From an uncultured Planctomycetaceae bacterium (GTDB taxonomy: Bacteria > Planctomycetota > Planctomycetia > Planctomycetales > Planctomycetaceae): DNA of 64,000 nt. This document shows, in pieces, positions 51,695 through 64,000 of this stretch. The position numbers were made by a program, and so were the translations under genes. The stretch covers positions 480,001 to 544,000 of the forward strand of contig CAWFGE010000015.1 in NCBI GenBank assembly GCA_963815195.1. Reading direction: 5' to 3'. Numbering within the stretch: position 1 is the first letter of the stretch; each line of letters begins with the position of its first letter. The notes under the pieces are model-generated. The model worked only from the letters and a program-made list of their open reading frames with translations. It searched no databases and was not told the DNA's origin.

Positions 51695-52198
51695 CTACGC
51701 TGTCGCGGCGGGGACGACCCAGACTTTGACCTCGGCTTTGGCCTTGGGATGGAGTTCCACTTTGACCGTATACATCCCCAGTTCTTTGAGCGGGCCTTCC
51801 AGCTTGATGTGCTCCGGCTCGACTTCGTAGCCTGCGGACTTGAGCGCGTTCGCGATGTCCACGGCCAGGATCGAGCCATAGAGATGGCCTTCGTCGTTGG
51901 CGTTGGCTTCCAAGGTCACGCTGTATTTGGAGATGGCTTCCGCCCGGTCGCGGTAGGATTTGACCTTTTGGACTTCGAGCTCGGCCAGTCGCTGTTTGTG
52001 TTTTTCGACCATTCGCTTGTTGTGCTCCGTCGCGACGGTCGCCATGCCTTGGGGCAGCAAATAGTTGCGGGCGTAACCCGGCTTCACGCGGACGATGTCG
52101 CCCTGTTTGCCCAGGGACGCGACGTTTTCGGCGAGGAGCACGTCGACGGAAGTCTTCGTGCTGCCGCCCACGCCGGAACGATTGTGTTTTCTACCCAT
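51695..52198 (-). CDS. rplI: 50S ribosomal protein L9
   Basis: 'LGKQGDIVRVKPGYARNYLLPQG', 'GHLYGSI'. Confidence 0.96.
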   Translation of the reverse strand: MGRKHNRSGVGGSTKTSVDVLLAENVASLGKQGDIVRVKPGYARNYLLPQGMATVATEHNKRMVEKHKQRLAELEVQKVKSYRDRAEAISKYSVTLEANANDEGHLYGSILAVDIANALKSAGYEVEPEHIKLEGPLKELGMYTVKVELHPKAKAEVKVWVVPAATA

Positions 52199-52246
52199 GA
52201 TCTCGAAACTTTCCACTGAGTTTTTTTGTGCGTCGAATGGCGATTG

Positions 52247-52756
52247 TTAGAACGGCACGTCTTCGTCGGGAAGATCGCCGGAGGGAGCATCATAAAAGGA
52301 ATCGGCCGGGCTGCCAACGTCCGGGGAAAACTCATCCTGGCCCGAAGGACCGCTGGAGTTGGACTGCGGCCGCTGTTGATAACCGCCGCCTCCGCCTCCA
52401 CCGCCTGAGTTCCCATCGTTCCGCCCGCCGACCATTGTCATGTTTTCGCAGACGACTTTGAGCTTGCTGCGGTTCTGGCCGGTTTCCTTGTCTTGCCAGG
52501 TATCGAGCTGCAGCCGGCCTTCGATCAGCACGCTGCGGCCCTTGGCGAGATATTCCCCGGCGATTTCCGCCTGCCGGCCCCAGACGGTGACGTCCACAAA
52601 GGTCACGTCTTCTTTTTTCTGATTGGCACTTTTGTCGAACCAGGTCCGGTTGATCGCCAGGCCCAACTCGGCGACGGCCGTGCCGCTGGGGATGTATCTC
52701 ACCTGCGGGTCGCGGGTCAGGTTGCCCATCAGAATGACGCGATTGAAACTGGCCAT
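52247..52756 (-). CDS. ssb: single-stranded DNA-binding protein
   Basis: 'NRVILMGNLTRDP', 'IEGRLQ', acidic tip 'DEDVPF'. Confidence 0.97.
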   Translation of the reverse strand: MASFNRVILMGNLTRDPQVRYIPSGTAVAELGLAINRTWFDKSANQKKEDVTFVDVTVWGRQAEIAGEYLAKGRSVLIEGRLQLDTWQDKETGQNRSKLKVVCENMTMVGGRNDGNSGGGGGGGGYQQRPQSNSSGPSGQDEFSPDVGSPADSFYDAPSGDLPDEDVPF

Positions 52757-52930
52757 GTTTGCATTCCTCTTGGTTGCAGAGTGAAAAGGGAAGGCGAGAA
52801 AAACGAGAATCTTGTCTCCGAATTTAACAAATTATACGCATGTCAAGGCGGAGATTTTCAAACAATTCTCTGCAAAGAGGTCTTTTTCTGAATAAATGTA
52901 CCCTGCATCCTCGGTTGGGCGGAAACCGCG

Positions 52931-53383
52931 TCAGTCCTCGGAGCCGACTTCGACTTCCTCCTCTTCGTCGGCTGCGGATTCTACTTCCCGCTTTTCGGCC
53001 ACCTCGTCGTCATAGGCCGAGCGCTGGATTTCCGCGTCGGGGGAGAGGGTGGCGGAGATGGCATCATACATGGTTTGGGAATGGCGGATCACCAGGTGCC
53101 GAATCACCAGGTCGCTGAGCCGGACCGAGCGGGCCAGGTCGTTCACGCCGGAACCGGGCATGCTTAAGAGGAAGAGAATATGGGTGCCTTTGCGATGGCC
53201 GTCGACCTCGTAGGCGAGTCGGCCGTCCTGCCACGGGCGGGCGACCTGCACCGTGCCGCCGGCTTTTTCGAGCATCGCGGTGAGTTCTTTCACGACGCCT
53301 TCATGGTCGGTCGCATAGCGGGTGCTGTCCACGAGGAACATGCACTCGTAAAGGTAATCTGGTGTGCCGTTTGTCGCTGCCAA
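52931..53383 (-). CDS. rpsF: 30S ribosomal protein S6
   Basis: 'YECMFLVD', 'W..GRLAYEV', 'VIRHLVIR', acidic tail; upstream of ssb. Confidence 0.9.
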   Translation of the reverse strand: MAATNGTPDYLYECMFLVDSTRYATDHEGVVKELTAMLEKAGGTVQVARPWQDGRLAYEVDGHRKGTHILFLLSMPGSGVNDLARSVRLSDLVIRHLVIRHSQTMYDAISATLSPDAEIQRSAYDDEVAEKREVESAADEEEEVEVGSED

Positions 53384-53461
53384 GATATTTCTCCTGTGTT
53401 GCTGGCCCAGTCTGCCAATTTGCCAACATTGAGTTGTACTAAGTTTTCGCCGATTTTCAAT

Positions 53462-53593
53462 GGCGAGCGGACCAACCTCGGGTCGGTGCCCGCATCAGCC
53501 CCATGACGCTTTGATTCTTCGTGGTCTTGTTTCCGATTTCGTCAATCGTTTCTGTTCTGGACAAAATCAGCCAGCTGACGCTGGCCGCTCGCC
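53462..53593. repeat. REPIN-like pair, GGCGAGCG family
   Basis: GGCGAGCGGACC...CAGCCCCATGA ... ATCAGCCAGCTGACGCTGGCCGCTCGCC. Confidence 0.7.
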
Positions 53594-53594
53594 T

Positions 53595-54167
53595 TTACTC
53601 CTTCGGGGCTGCGTTGACGACGTTCATCGCTTTGCCGCAGCCTTGTTTGATCCAAAGTTCCACGCCGTCGGCGGCGGAGAGCACCGCCTCATCCATAATG
53701 TCCCGCTCTTCGGGAAAAAATCTGGCCAGGACATAATCCGCCGCGTTCATGCGTCCCGGAGGCCGGCCGATGCCGATCCTCAACCGGGGAAACTCCTCCG
53801 ACCCCAACTGCTGGATGATGTGTTTGAGTCCGTTCTGACCGCCGGCGGACCCGGACGCCCGCAGCCGGAGCCGGCCCACATCCAAATTCAAGTCGTCGCA
53901 CACGATCAACAGATCGGAGACCGGCAACTTGTAAAAATCGACGAGCGGCCAGACGCTCCGGCCGCTTAAGTTCATAAACGTCTGCGGGGCGACGAGCAGG
54001 ATTTTCTCGCCCTCCACGAAGATTTCGACGATCTCCGCCTCGTGTTTGAGGGACGGCGGCCCTCCGCCATGCCTCTTGGCCAGCTCGGCCACGACCTCGT
54101 AGCCGACGTTGTGCCGCGTGCCCCGATATTTCGCTCCCGGATTGCCCAATCCCACCACGATCTTCAT
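53595..54167 (-). CDS. pth: peptidyl-tRNA hydrolase
   Basis: 'IVVGLGNPG', 'TRHNVG', 'PQTFMNLSG', 'RLRIGIG'. Confidence 0.96.
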   Translation of the reverse strand: MKIVVGLGNPGAKYRGTRHNVGYEVVAELAKRHGGGPPSLKHEAEIVEIFVEGEKILLVAPQTFMNLSGRSVWPLVDFYKLPVSDLLIVCDDLNLDVGRLRLRASGSAGGQNGLKHIIQQLGSEEFPRLRIGIGRPPGRMNAADYVLARFFPEERDIMDEAVLSAADGVELWIKQGCGKAMNVVNAAPKE

Positions 54168-54313
54168 TGGTCCGATCCGGCCGCCTCGCTTGTCCGACTC
54201 CCTCAGTAGCCGAAGCGACAGCGAGGAAAGCCAAGTTACGGGAAAAACCCCCCGCTGGCGCTTCGGGCCCGGGAAGGATCATTCCAAAATCCGATTGCTC
54301 GGATCGTCGCGGT

Positions 54314-54945
54314 TTAGTCCTCCTCAGCTTGCGCCGCCCGGCCGATGACTTCCGGTTCCATGGGCCCGGCTTCCACTTCCTCGGCCCCTTCGGGAACGGC
54401 CCGAGGCTCGACGACCTGCACGATCACCGTGTCCGGCGGCAGATCGAACTGGGCATCGGCGGAAGCTCCAAATCCGAAAGATGCTTCGCATCCCCCAACT
54501 GCATGTCGCTGATCCTGACCACCAGCGAATCGGGAATCTCGAGCGCCAAAACTTCCATTTCCACTTCGTGAATGGGTTGCTCCAGGATGCCCCCGGATGT
54601 CACGCCCGGCGAAATCCCTTTGAGTTCGACCGGAACCGTCACCGCCACCCGCTCGTTGGGATCGATCCGCATCAGGTCGAAATGCAGGATTTCCGTGGCG
54701 AAGGTGTTCCATTGCACTTGGCGGAGGATCGTCTTCTCGACGTTGCCGTCGAGATTCACATCCACGATTTTGTGCCCGGAATGCACAGCCCGCGTCAGCG
54801 TGTCGCCATCCACGCTGATCGCCACCGAGCCTGCCTTGTGTCCGTAGATATTCCCTGGAATGCGGCCTTCCTGGCGAAGTTTCCGGCAAGTTCGCGAGCC
54901 AAGCCGGCTCCGGGTTTGAGCATTAAAAGTTGATGTTTCAGCCAT
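54314..54945 (-). CDS. rplY: 50S ribosomal protein L25/Ctc (frameshift ~54455)
   Basis: 'RKLRQEGRIPGNIYG', 'ILHFDLMRI', 'GGILEQ'; C-terminus 'EPEVIGR' in adjacent frame. Confidence 0.9.
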
Positions 54946-55048
54946 GTTTCTGCCTCGGTGTGTGATTTCCTGAGAAGCGAGAAAGGATAGCGACTCCCGC
55001 CGCCGGTTTCAAGGCAGTGGCGAAATTCAGTCGTGCCAAATTACGGAA

Positions 55049-55283
55049 AAAGGACCGAAGGTCCGGCCCTATGTCAGCCCGCGGCGCAGCCGTGGGGAAC
55101 GGGAACGAACAAAATGCAAAAGCCCCAGCGGGGCGGTCCTAAGCCGGAGATACACAGAAGGCTCCGTGCGATTGAAGCGAGATAGGGCCGCCCCGCTGGG
55201 GCTTGCGTTTTATTCATCATCCGTAACCCAGGCCGGCGCTGCGCTTGGCCTGGGCTGACATAGAGCCGGGCCTTCGGCCCTAA
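55049..55283 (-). repeat. MITE-like element, copy C (inverted, complete)
   Basis: Reverse complement of the 28620-28818 family with the same TIRs. Confidence 0.85.
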
Positions 55284-55302
55284 ATTCTCCCGATCTCCCG
55301 AT

Positions 55303-58510
<3,208 letters not shown>

Positions 58511-58567
58511 GCGAGTTGAATTCTTAATCCTAGTTTTGGACTCAATCTTAATCCCATTGGGTCAGCA

Positions 58568-59203
58568 TCAAGGCAGCAGCACATCGCTAACGGAGATGGC
58601 AACGACTCTTCCATCCGGCAGTGCCAAGGAAATATCATCTCCAGGCAAAAAGTTTTCCGTCTTTGCGTATTGTCCGCTGCCGATCTGGGGCTGGGTATAA
58701 ACCTCGATTTCATTCGACAACAAGTTGACAATCCAATAGGTAGGGATTCCCGCGTCGGCATAGATCTGCTGCTTCGTGCCGCGGTCCCGGCGGAGCGAAC
58801 TATCCGCCACTTCCATGACCGCCACGGTATCGACCGGCCCAGGATGTCGGTTCAAATAATCATCCAGATGGCCGGAGGCAATCGTGACATCGGGTTCTGG
58901 CTCGTTGTTGGGAGGAAGAGTGATCGGTTGTTGACAGAGTACATGAATCTGATTGGTCTCCACTTCTTTTTCCACAAGCTTAAACAATCGCATCACAATG
59001 ACAGAATGCCTGGTCCCCACATTCATTGGCTTTCCCCCCCGATCACGACGGTCCTTGAGCACCAACAACCCGTCAAGAAGTTCGATTTGCGAACCTTCTC
59101 CGAGGATTCCGTTTGCAATCATCTGGTGATATTGCTCTACCGTCAGCGGAGCCAACCCCGCATCGTTTCCCGCAATAATTTGTTCCAAAATCTCGATACC
59201 CAT
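58568..59203 (-). CDS. Uma2-family (DUF820) endonuclease
   Basis: 'LTVEQYHQMIANGIL', 'IELLDG', 'EPEPD', 'EVADSS', 'K..IYADAGIPTYWIVNL'. Confidence 0.9.
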   Translation of the reverse strand: MGIEILEQIIAGNDAGLAPLTVEQYHQMIANGILGEGSQIELLDGLLVLKDRRDRGGKPMNVGTRHSVIVMRLFKLVEKEVETNQIHVLCQQPITLPPNNEPEPDVTIASGHLDDYLNRHPGPVDTVAVMEVADSSLRRDRGTKQQIYADAGIPTYWIVNLLSNEIEVYTQPQIGSGQYAKTENFLPGDDISLALPDGRVVAISVSDVLLP

Positions 59204-59209
59204 AAAGCC

Positions 59210-60919
59210 TCACTTGGCCGATAGCTCGGCGGGTTGTTCCTCTTGAAAATCGTTGCCGACTTCGCCGGCGTCTTTGAACAGCTTATATTCCACGCTATCC
59301 ACCAATGCCAGCCAACTGGCTTCGATGACGTTTTCGCTCACCCCCACGGTGCTCCAGACATCCTCCGCGTCCCGGCTTTCGATCACGACGCGCACGCGGG
59401 CCGCGGTGCCTTCGGTCGAGTTGATCACGCGCACCTTATAATCCACGAGGTGCATCGTTTTCAGGTTCGGATAGGCGGGCGTCAAGGCTTTGCGGAGGGC
59501 GGTGTCCAACGCATTCACCGGCCCGTCGCCATCGCCCACGACATGCTCGACCCGGCCATCGACTTCGAGTTTGATCGTCGCTTCCGTCAGCGGCAGGGCA
59601 CTCGGACCGCCCCCCCAAGCCGACGACTCGGTCGTCGGGACCGACGATAAATCGTCGGCTTGGACGAGTCGCCCGGTTTCGACGTTGACCCGGTAGTGAA
59701 TCCGCCGGAATTTCGGTTCGTAATTGCCCGCGAGTTTCTTCACCAACAGATCGAAGCTCGCCTCGGCCGCCTCGAACTGGTAGCCCGCGGCTTCCAGTTC
59801 CTGGACGGTCTCCAAAATCCGCTTCATCAATTCGCCGTCCTGATCCAAGCGGTATTTGGTCGTCTTGGCGACGATGTTGGATCGGCCGGAAAGCTCGCTG
59901 ACCAGCACCCGCCGTTCGTTGCCCACGAGTTCCGGGTCGATGTGCTCGTAGCTTTCGGTGATGCGGTTGACGGCGTGCACGTGCATCCCGCCTTTGTGGG
60001 CGAAGGCGCTCGACCCCACGAACGGCTGGTTCGGGCGGAAGTTCATGTTGGCCAATTCGTACACGTACCGGGACAACTCCGTGAGCCGGCGGACGTTTGG
60101 TTTTTGGGAAGAATCATGGGGCTGACGCCCCACGCTCGCCAGGACGTCGCGGTTCTTTTTGAGGGCCAGGTTGGCGATGACGCTGATCAAATCCGCGTTG
60201 CCGCAGCGTTCGCCCACGCCATTGATCGTGCCCTGCACCTGGATCGCCCCGTGATCCACCGCGGCCAGCGTGTTGGCGACCGCCACGTCGCAATCGTTGT
60301 GACAATGAATACCCACCGGGATCGAAATCGCCTTCCGCGCGGCCTCCACGAATTCCGCAATCCGCTCCGGAAGGCTGCCGCCGTTGGTGTCGCAGAGCAC
60401 GACCAGGTCGGCCCCGGCTTCCTCCGCGGCTTTCAGAGTCTCAAGGGCGTAATCCGGGTTCGCCGCGTAACCGTCGAAGAAATGCTCGGCGTCATAGATC
60501 ACCTCCCGGCCCTCCGCTTTGAGGAAACCGACCGAATCGAGGATCATCGCCAGGTTCTCCGCCCGGTCCACCCGCAGCACCTCGAGGACGTGCAAGTCCC
60601 AGGTCTTCCCGACGACCGTGCACACGGGGGCTTTGGAATCCCGGAGGGCGATCATGCCGATGTCGTCCTCGGCCGAGACGCCGCGCCGGCGGGTCATGCC
60701 GAACGCACAGACCTTGGCGTGTTTAAGGTCCAGGTCGGCCACCTTTTGAAAATACTCCTCGTCTTTCTGGTTGGACAGCGGGTAGCCGCCTTCGATGTAG
60801 TCGAAGCCCAGCCCGTCCAGCCTGGCCGTGATTTGCAGCTTGTCCTGGAGCGAAAAGTTCACGCCTTCGCCCTGGCTGCCGTCGCGAAGGGTCGTGTCGT
60901 AAATCTGAATGCGGGCCAT
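59210..60919 (-). CDS. cimA: citramalate synthase
   Basis: 'YDTTLRDGSQGEG', 'VGKTWDLHV', 'YDAEHFFDG', 'HCHND', 'AFAHKGGMH', 'DYKVRV'. Confidence 0.92.
   Translation of the reverse strand: MARIQIYDTTLRDGSQGEGVNFSLQDKLQITARLDGLGFDYIEGGYPLSNQKDEEYFQKVADLDLKHAKVCAFGMTRRRGVSAEDDIGMIALRDSKAPVCTVVGKTWDLHVLEVLRVDRAENLAMILDSVGFLKAEGREVIYDAEHFFDGYAANPDYALETLKAAEEAGADLVVLCDTNGGSLPERIAEFVEAARKAISIPVGIHCHNDCDVAVANTLAAVDHGAIQVQGTINGVGERCGNADLISVIANLALKKNRDVLASVGRQPHDSSQKPNVRRLTELSRYVYELANMNFRPNQPFVGSSAFAHKGGMHVHAVNRITESYEHIDPELVGNERRVLVSELSGRSNIVAKTTKYRLDQDGELMKRILETVQELEAAGYQFEAAEASFDLLVKKLAGNYEPKFRRIHYRVNVETGRLVQADDLSSVPTTESSAWGGGPSALPLTEATIKLEVDGRVEHVVGDGDGPVNALDTALRKALTPAYPNLKTMHLVDYKVRVINSTEGTAARVRVVIESRDAEDVWSTVGVSENVIEASWLALVDSVEYKLFKDAGEVGNDFQEEQPAELSAK
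59615..59663. repeat. intragenic Y-shaped palindrome, copy 3 (in cimA)
   Basis: CCAAG-CCGACGAC TCG GTCGTCGG-GA-CCGACGAT AA ATCGTCGG-CTTGG; encodes QADDLSSVPTTESSAW. Confidence 0.9.
60114..60140. repeat. GGCGAGCG-family REP arm inside the cimA coding sequence
   Basis: TCATGGGGCTGACGCCCCACGCTCGCC matches intergenic copies at ~44873 and ~50050-50088. Confidence 0.85.
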
Positions 60920-60975
60920 GTTTTTCTCAGGGGTCAGGGACCAGAGGCTAGGGGTCAGAAGTCAAGGCGGGAACA

Positions 60976-62518
60976 GTCAGGACATAGGTGGCGCTTTTAG
61001 GTCAGGACATGGGTGGCGCTGGACTTCAGTTTCGGTTGGAACTCAACACGATGATGAGAACTCTTAAAGACCTTCCGGTTAAAGCGCCGAAGACTGCCTT
61101 ACCCACGAGGAGGATAGGGCTCTGCTGGGAAGCAACCCGAGCGCCGGCGTGGGGTCCGAAGCAGGAGGGAAGCGCACCACAGGGTTCGCTTCCCTTCTTG
61201 TCTTCCCCAACCTGCTTTGGACCCCAGGCGAAAAATCCTGGGGGTTTGGGGGCAAAGCCCCCAACAGTCTTACGACTTGACGGCTGTAAACTTCTGGGTT
61301 TCCAGGTCCACTTCGCCCAACCGCAGCCGGCAAAACCACAAGCCGTAACGCTTCGCCGCTTCGTACTTCAAGCCCACGTCCCAGCCGGCCAAGGCTTCCG
61401 AAACGGGGATGCGGATGTTGTGAACCTTGATCGCCCCGCTGGGGCCCACATGGCGGCGCAAATACTCCGCCGGGTACTCCAACACCAACTCGTCCGCCTC
61501 GAAGCGGCGCGGCGAGGGAACGTACAAATCGGCGGGAACCTGCATCCCCAGAGCCTCGTGCGGACGCTCGGTGTTGTAGGTGGCGCGCCATACGTCCAAG
61601 GCCGCCTGTTGGGAGGGGAGCGTGGCCTCGGCGTCGCATTCCAACTCCCAAGCAATGTCCCGATGCATTCGCTCGTGCGCGCCATTCTGATCCGGCCGCG
61701 CGGGCGGAATCCGATCCAGGTCCACGCCCAATGCCAGCCACCAGGCCGACAGACGGCTCAGACCCAATGGAGCCCGCGTGCAAGCAAACGGCGAGCCGTT
61801 GTCGCTGCGAATGACTTCCGGCAAGCCCTGCTGGAGGAACAATCGCTCGAACGCGCTCTGAACGGTCTGAGTGCGGCTGTTCTCCAAAGCCTGCGCACAA
61901 GAATGAAGCGGCTGTAAGCGTCGCGCACCGTCAAGGGCTCGAAGCGCATCCGATCCCCGGTGCGCCACCAGCCTTTGAAATCGACCGTCCAGACGTGATT
62001 GGGCCGCTCGGCTTCGAGACGGTTTTGAATCCGGCCCGACTCCACCGAAGCGCAACGCCGGCGGCGCTTGACCAAGCCCGCTTTGTCGAGCACCCGCTTG
62101 AACGTGCTTTCCGATGGCAGATCGACCTCGGGATGATTCCGACCAAACACGGCGCGGATCTTCCGTGGTCCCCAAGCCGGATGCGCCAGCTTCAACTTGA
62201 CCATCCGGCAAAGGGTTTCCTCGCCGACCTGATTCGGACTTTGAGCGGGTCGACGCGATTGATCGCCCAACCCCTCCAAGCCTTGTTCCAAAAAACGTTC
62301 TTTCCATTTGTAACCCGTCTTGCGGCTGATCCCATACTCCTGGCACAGCTCGGCAAATGGGACCTTCGACTCAAACACACGCAGCACAAACTCTGTCCGC
62401 AGATTCAAAACATCGACCTCTTTCTAGGGCATAATCTGGTCTCCTTTCGACCAGATTTTCCCTTAAAGTGTCACCTATGTCCTGAACCAGAACTGTTACC
62501 CATGTCCTGAACCTGTAC
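60976..62518 (-). mobile_element. IS481-family insertion sequence, apparently inactivated
   Basis: Doubled sub-terminal inverted repeats TCAGGACAT(A/G)GGT at 60976-61020 and 62467-62512 enclosing a DDE transposase. Confidence 0.85.
61270..62432 (-). pseudogene. IS481-family transposase with stop at codon 3 and frameshift ~61900
   Basis: ATG CCC TAG AAA GAG (MPWKE expected), HTH 'GISRKTGYKW', 'WTVDFKG', 'IRSDNGSPF', 'QNGAHERMHR', 'YNTERPHEAL'. Confidence 0.85.
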
Positions 62519-62519
62519 C

Positions 62520-62669
62520 GGCGAGCCGACCGGCATAAGCCGGCGGGTCACGCCGGGTGGGAGGGCAGGGACATTTCAGGATCGAAGACCAAGGATAGAT
62601 CACGAGAGACTGAATCCTCAACCCCCATTGAAAACTTAAAACCCGCCGGCGCACGCCGGTCGGCTCGCC
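62520..62669. repeat. REPIN-like pair related to the GGCGAGCG family
   Basis: GGCGAGCCGACCGGCATAAGCCGGCGGGT ... ACCCGCCGGCGCACGCCGGTCGGCTCGCC. Confidence 0.75.
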
Positions 62670-62950
62670 GAACACCAACAAAAAAACCCCAGGCCAGTGC
62701 GACCTGAGGTGAACATTCTGGAGTTAGGAAAGACGCCTCACAGTCGCACGGTTGGCCCGGCAATAATCATGCCGCCAATTCCAATCACTTCGACCACAAC
62801 CCGACAGGGCAGGTGATTGAGAAAGGAAATGGAAGAACGCATGACACAATCCACGTAAATTGAGGATTCAATGATTGATAAAGGAATCCTACTCCCCCCG
62901 CCGATCCGTGTCAAACCTTGATGGCCCAAGATTTGAACACTCATGCAGTT

Positions 62951-63820
62951 TTAGCCCAAGAGCGTTTCGACCGGCACGCCCGTGAGTTCAGCGACCACCC
63001 GCACCACATCCTGGGCACGCACCCGGTTCTCGTCCGCCGATGCCTGAGTGCGGGCGAAGTTGACGTTCTCGCAAGCCCGGCGGAGAATTTTCAGAGCCTT
63101 GGCCGGATGCCGTTCGCTGAGCACGAACGCCGAGGCGAGGGCCACCGTGCGTCTCGGCACATCCTCATCCAGTCGCACCTGATGCTCGCGTTCCAGTTCA
63201 TCCCGTTTCGCTTCCAGAATGGCCAGGCTCTCTTCATCGCTTGGCTCATCGATTTCGATGCGGGTGATGAGGTCCGAAAGCTCGGCATCGCCGGCCAAGA
63301 GGTCTTGATATTCCCAAGTCGAGAGACTGCCGATCAATTGCAACCCCGACCGCGTGAGCACCGCCCGCAGGAAGGCCAGGTTATCGGCGGAGCGTTTGAG
63401 CAGCGGTCCCACGCCATCCAGACACAGCACCAGATTCTCCCAATCCCCCACCTCGCTGACGATTCGCTCGAGCACCGCCCGCCCATCTTCGGGCGGCACA
63501 CTCGAACAATCCAACCGCAAAAACCGCTTGTCGGCCAGAAACGGATACCGCCCCTCCGCCGCCCGCCGCGCCAGTTCGCGAAGCACGGTTGTCTTTCCCA
63601 CACCCCTGTCCCCCGTCAGCACCACATGCTTGGCTTCGGACCGAAACAGTGATCGGGCAATCTTCTCATATACGTCCCCCTCAGTAAAACTCCGCTCAAT
63701 CGCCGCAGGCAACCCATCGGACAAAGCCAAAAACGTCAAATCCTCGGCTCCCAACGCTTGCTGCATCGCTGGGGAAAGTCCCTCTAAATTATTCTCAAAG
63801 CGTGCTGCTTGATATTGCAT
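62951..63820 (-). CDS. ClpA/B-like AAA+ ATPase, first module only (probably truncated)
   Basis: Walker A GDRGVGKT, 'IEIDEPS', 'HPAKAL', ends at 'VVAELTGVPVETL', the linker before the second AAA domain. Confidence 0.7.
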   Translation of the reverse strand: MQYQAARFENNLEGLSPAMQQALGAEDLTFLALSDGLPAAIERSFTEGDVYEKIARSLFRSEAKHVVLTGDRGVGKTTVLRELARRAAEGRYPFLADKRFLRLDCSSVPPEDGRAVLERIVSEVGDWENLVLCLDGVGPLLKRSADNLAFLRAVLTRSGLQLIGSLSTWEYQDLLAGDAELSDLITRIEIDEPSDEESLAILEAKRDELEREHQVRLDEDVPRRTVALASAFVLSERHPAKALKILRRACENVNFARTQASADENRVRAQDVVRVVAELTGVPVETLLG

Positions 63821-64000
63821 TGGTTCCGTGCCGTAGAAGAATTGGTGATTGAGGCAAAGGCCGCAATTGGCCATTGATATTGAATCCGTTGACACGGGAT
63901 TCGGCGGTGAACAAGAGCTTGAGCAAAAAGCCCAAGCCGCCGCCGTCAGGCGTGCCGGTGTTCAAGCCGTGGAAGTCTGCTCAACCAGCACGCTTGCAGC

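Noticed and set aside
51695..53383. Missing rpsR in rpsF-ssb-rplI
   Set aside because: There is no remnant or gap; relocation of rpsR is unremarkable and cannot be judged from this window.
53400..53595. Ribosomal-protein leader or ncRNA upstream of rpsF
   Set aside because: The structure is explained by a GGCGAGCG-family REP pair found at several other sites.

Overview
GC-rich bacterial chromosome segment, almost certainly Planctomycetota (DUF1549/DUF1553 and PPC-domain proteins, sulfatase, PQQ-like propellers, MfnD-like ATP-grasp protein). It holds a housekeeping block (cimA-uma2-valS, rplY-pth-rpsF-ssb-rplI-dnaB), tRNA-His, a TolC/MFP/MacB-type ABC exporter, larC, a small accessory island at about 39.1-44.9 kb (two toxin-antitoxin pairs, Uma2, a HEAT-like gene ending in an integron attC-like site) and a decayed IS481-family element. 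Many genes, including essential valS, are split by single-base frameshifts, most likely long-read errors. The window is unusually rich in palindromic REP/MITE-like families. The most striking signal is a ~50-bp Y-shaped palindrome (CCAAGCCGAC...GTCGGCTTGG) that I found only inside coding sequence, in frame, twice in valS and once in cimA. cimA also carries an in-frame arm of an otherwise intergenic REP family. Together these resemble Rickettsia-type coding palindromic elements. All calls are by eye, with no database searches.
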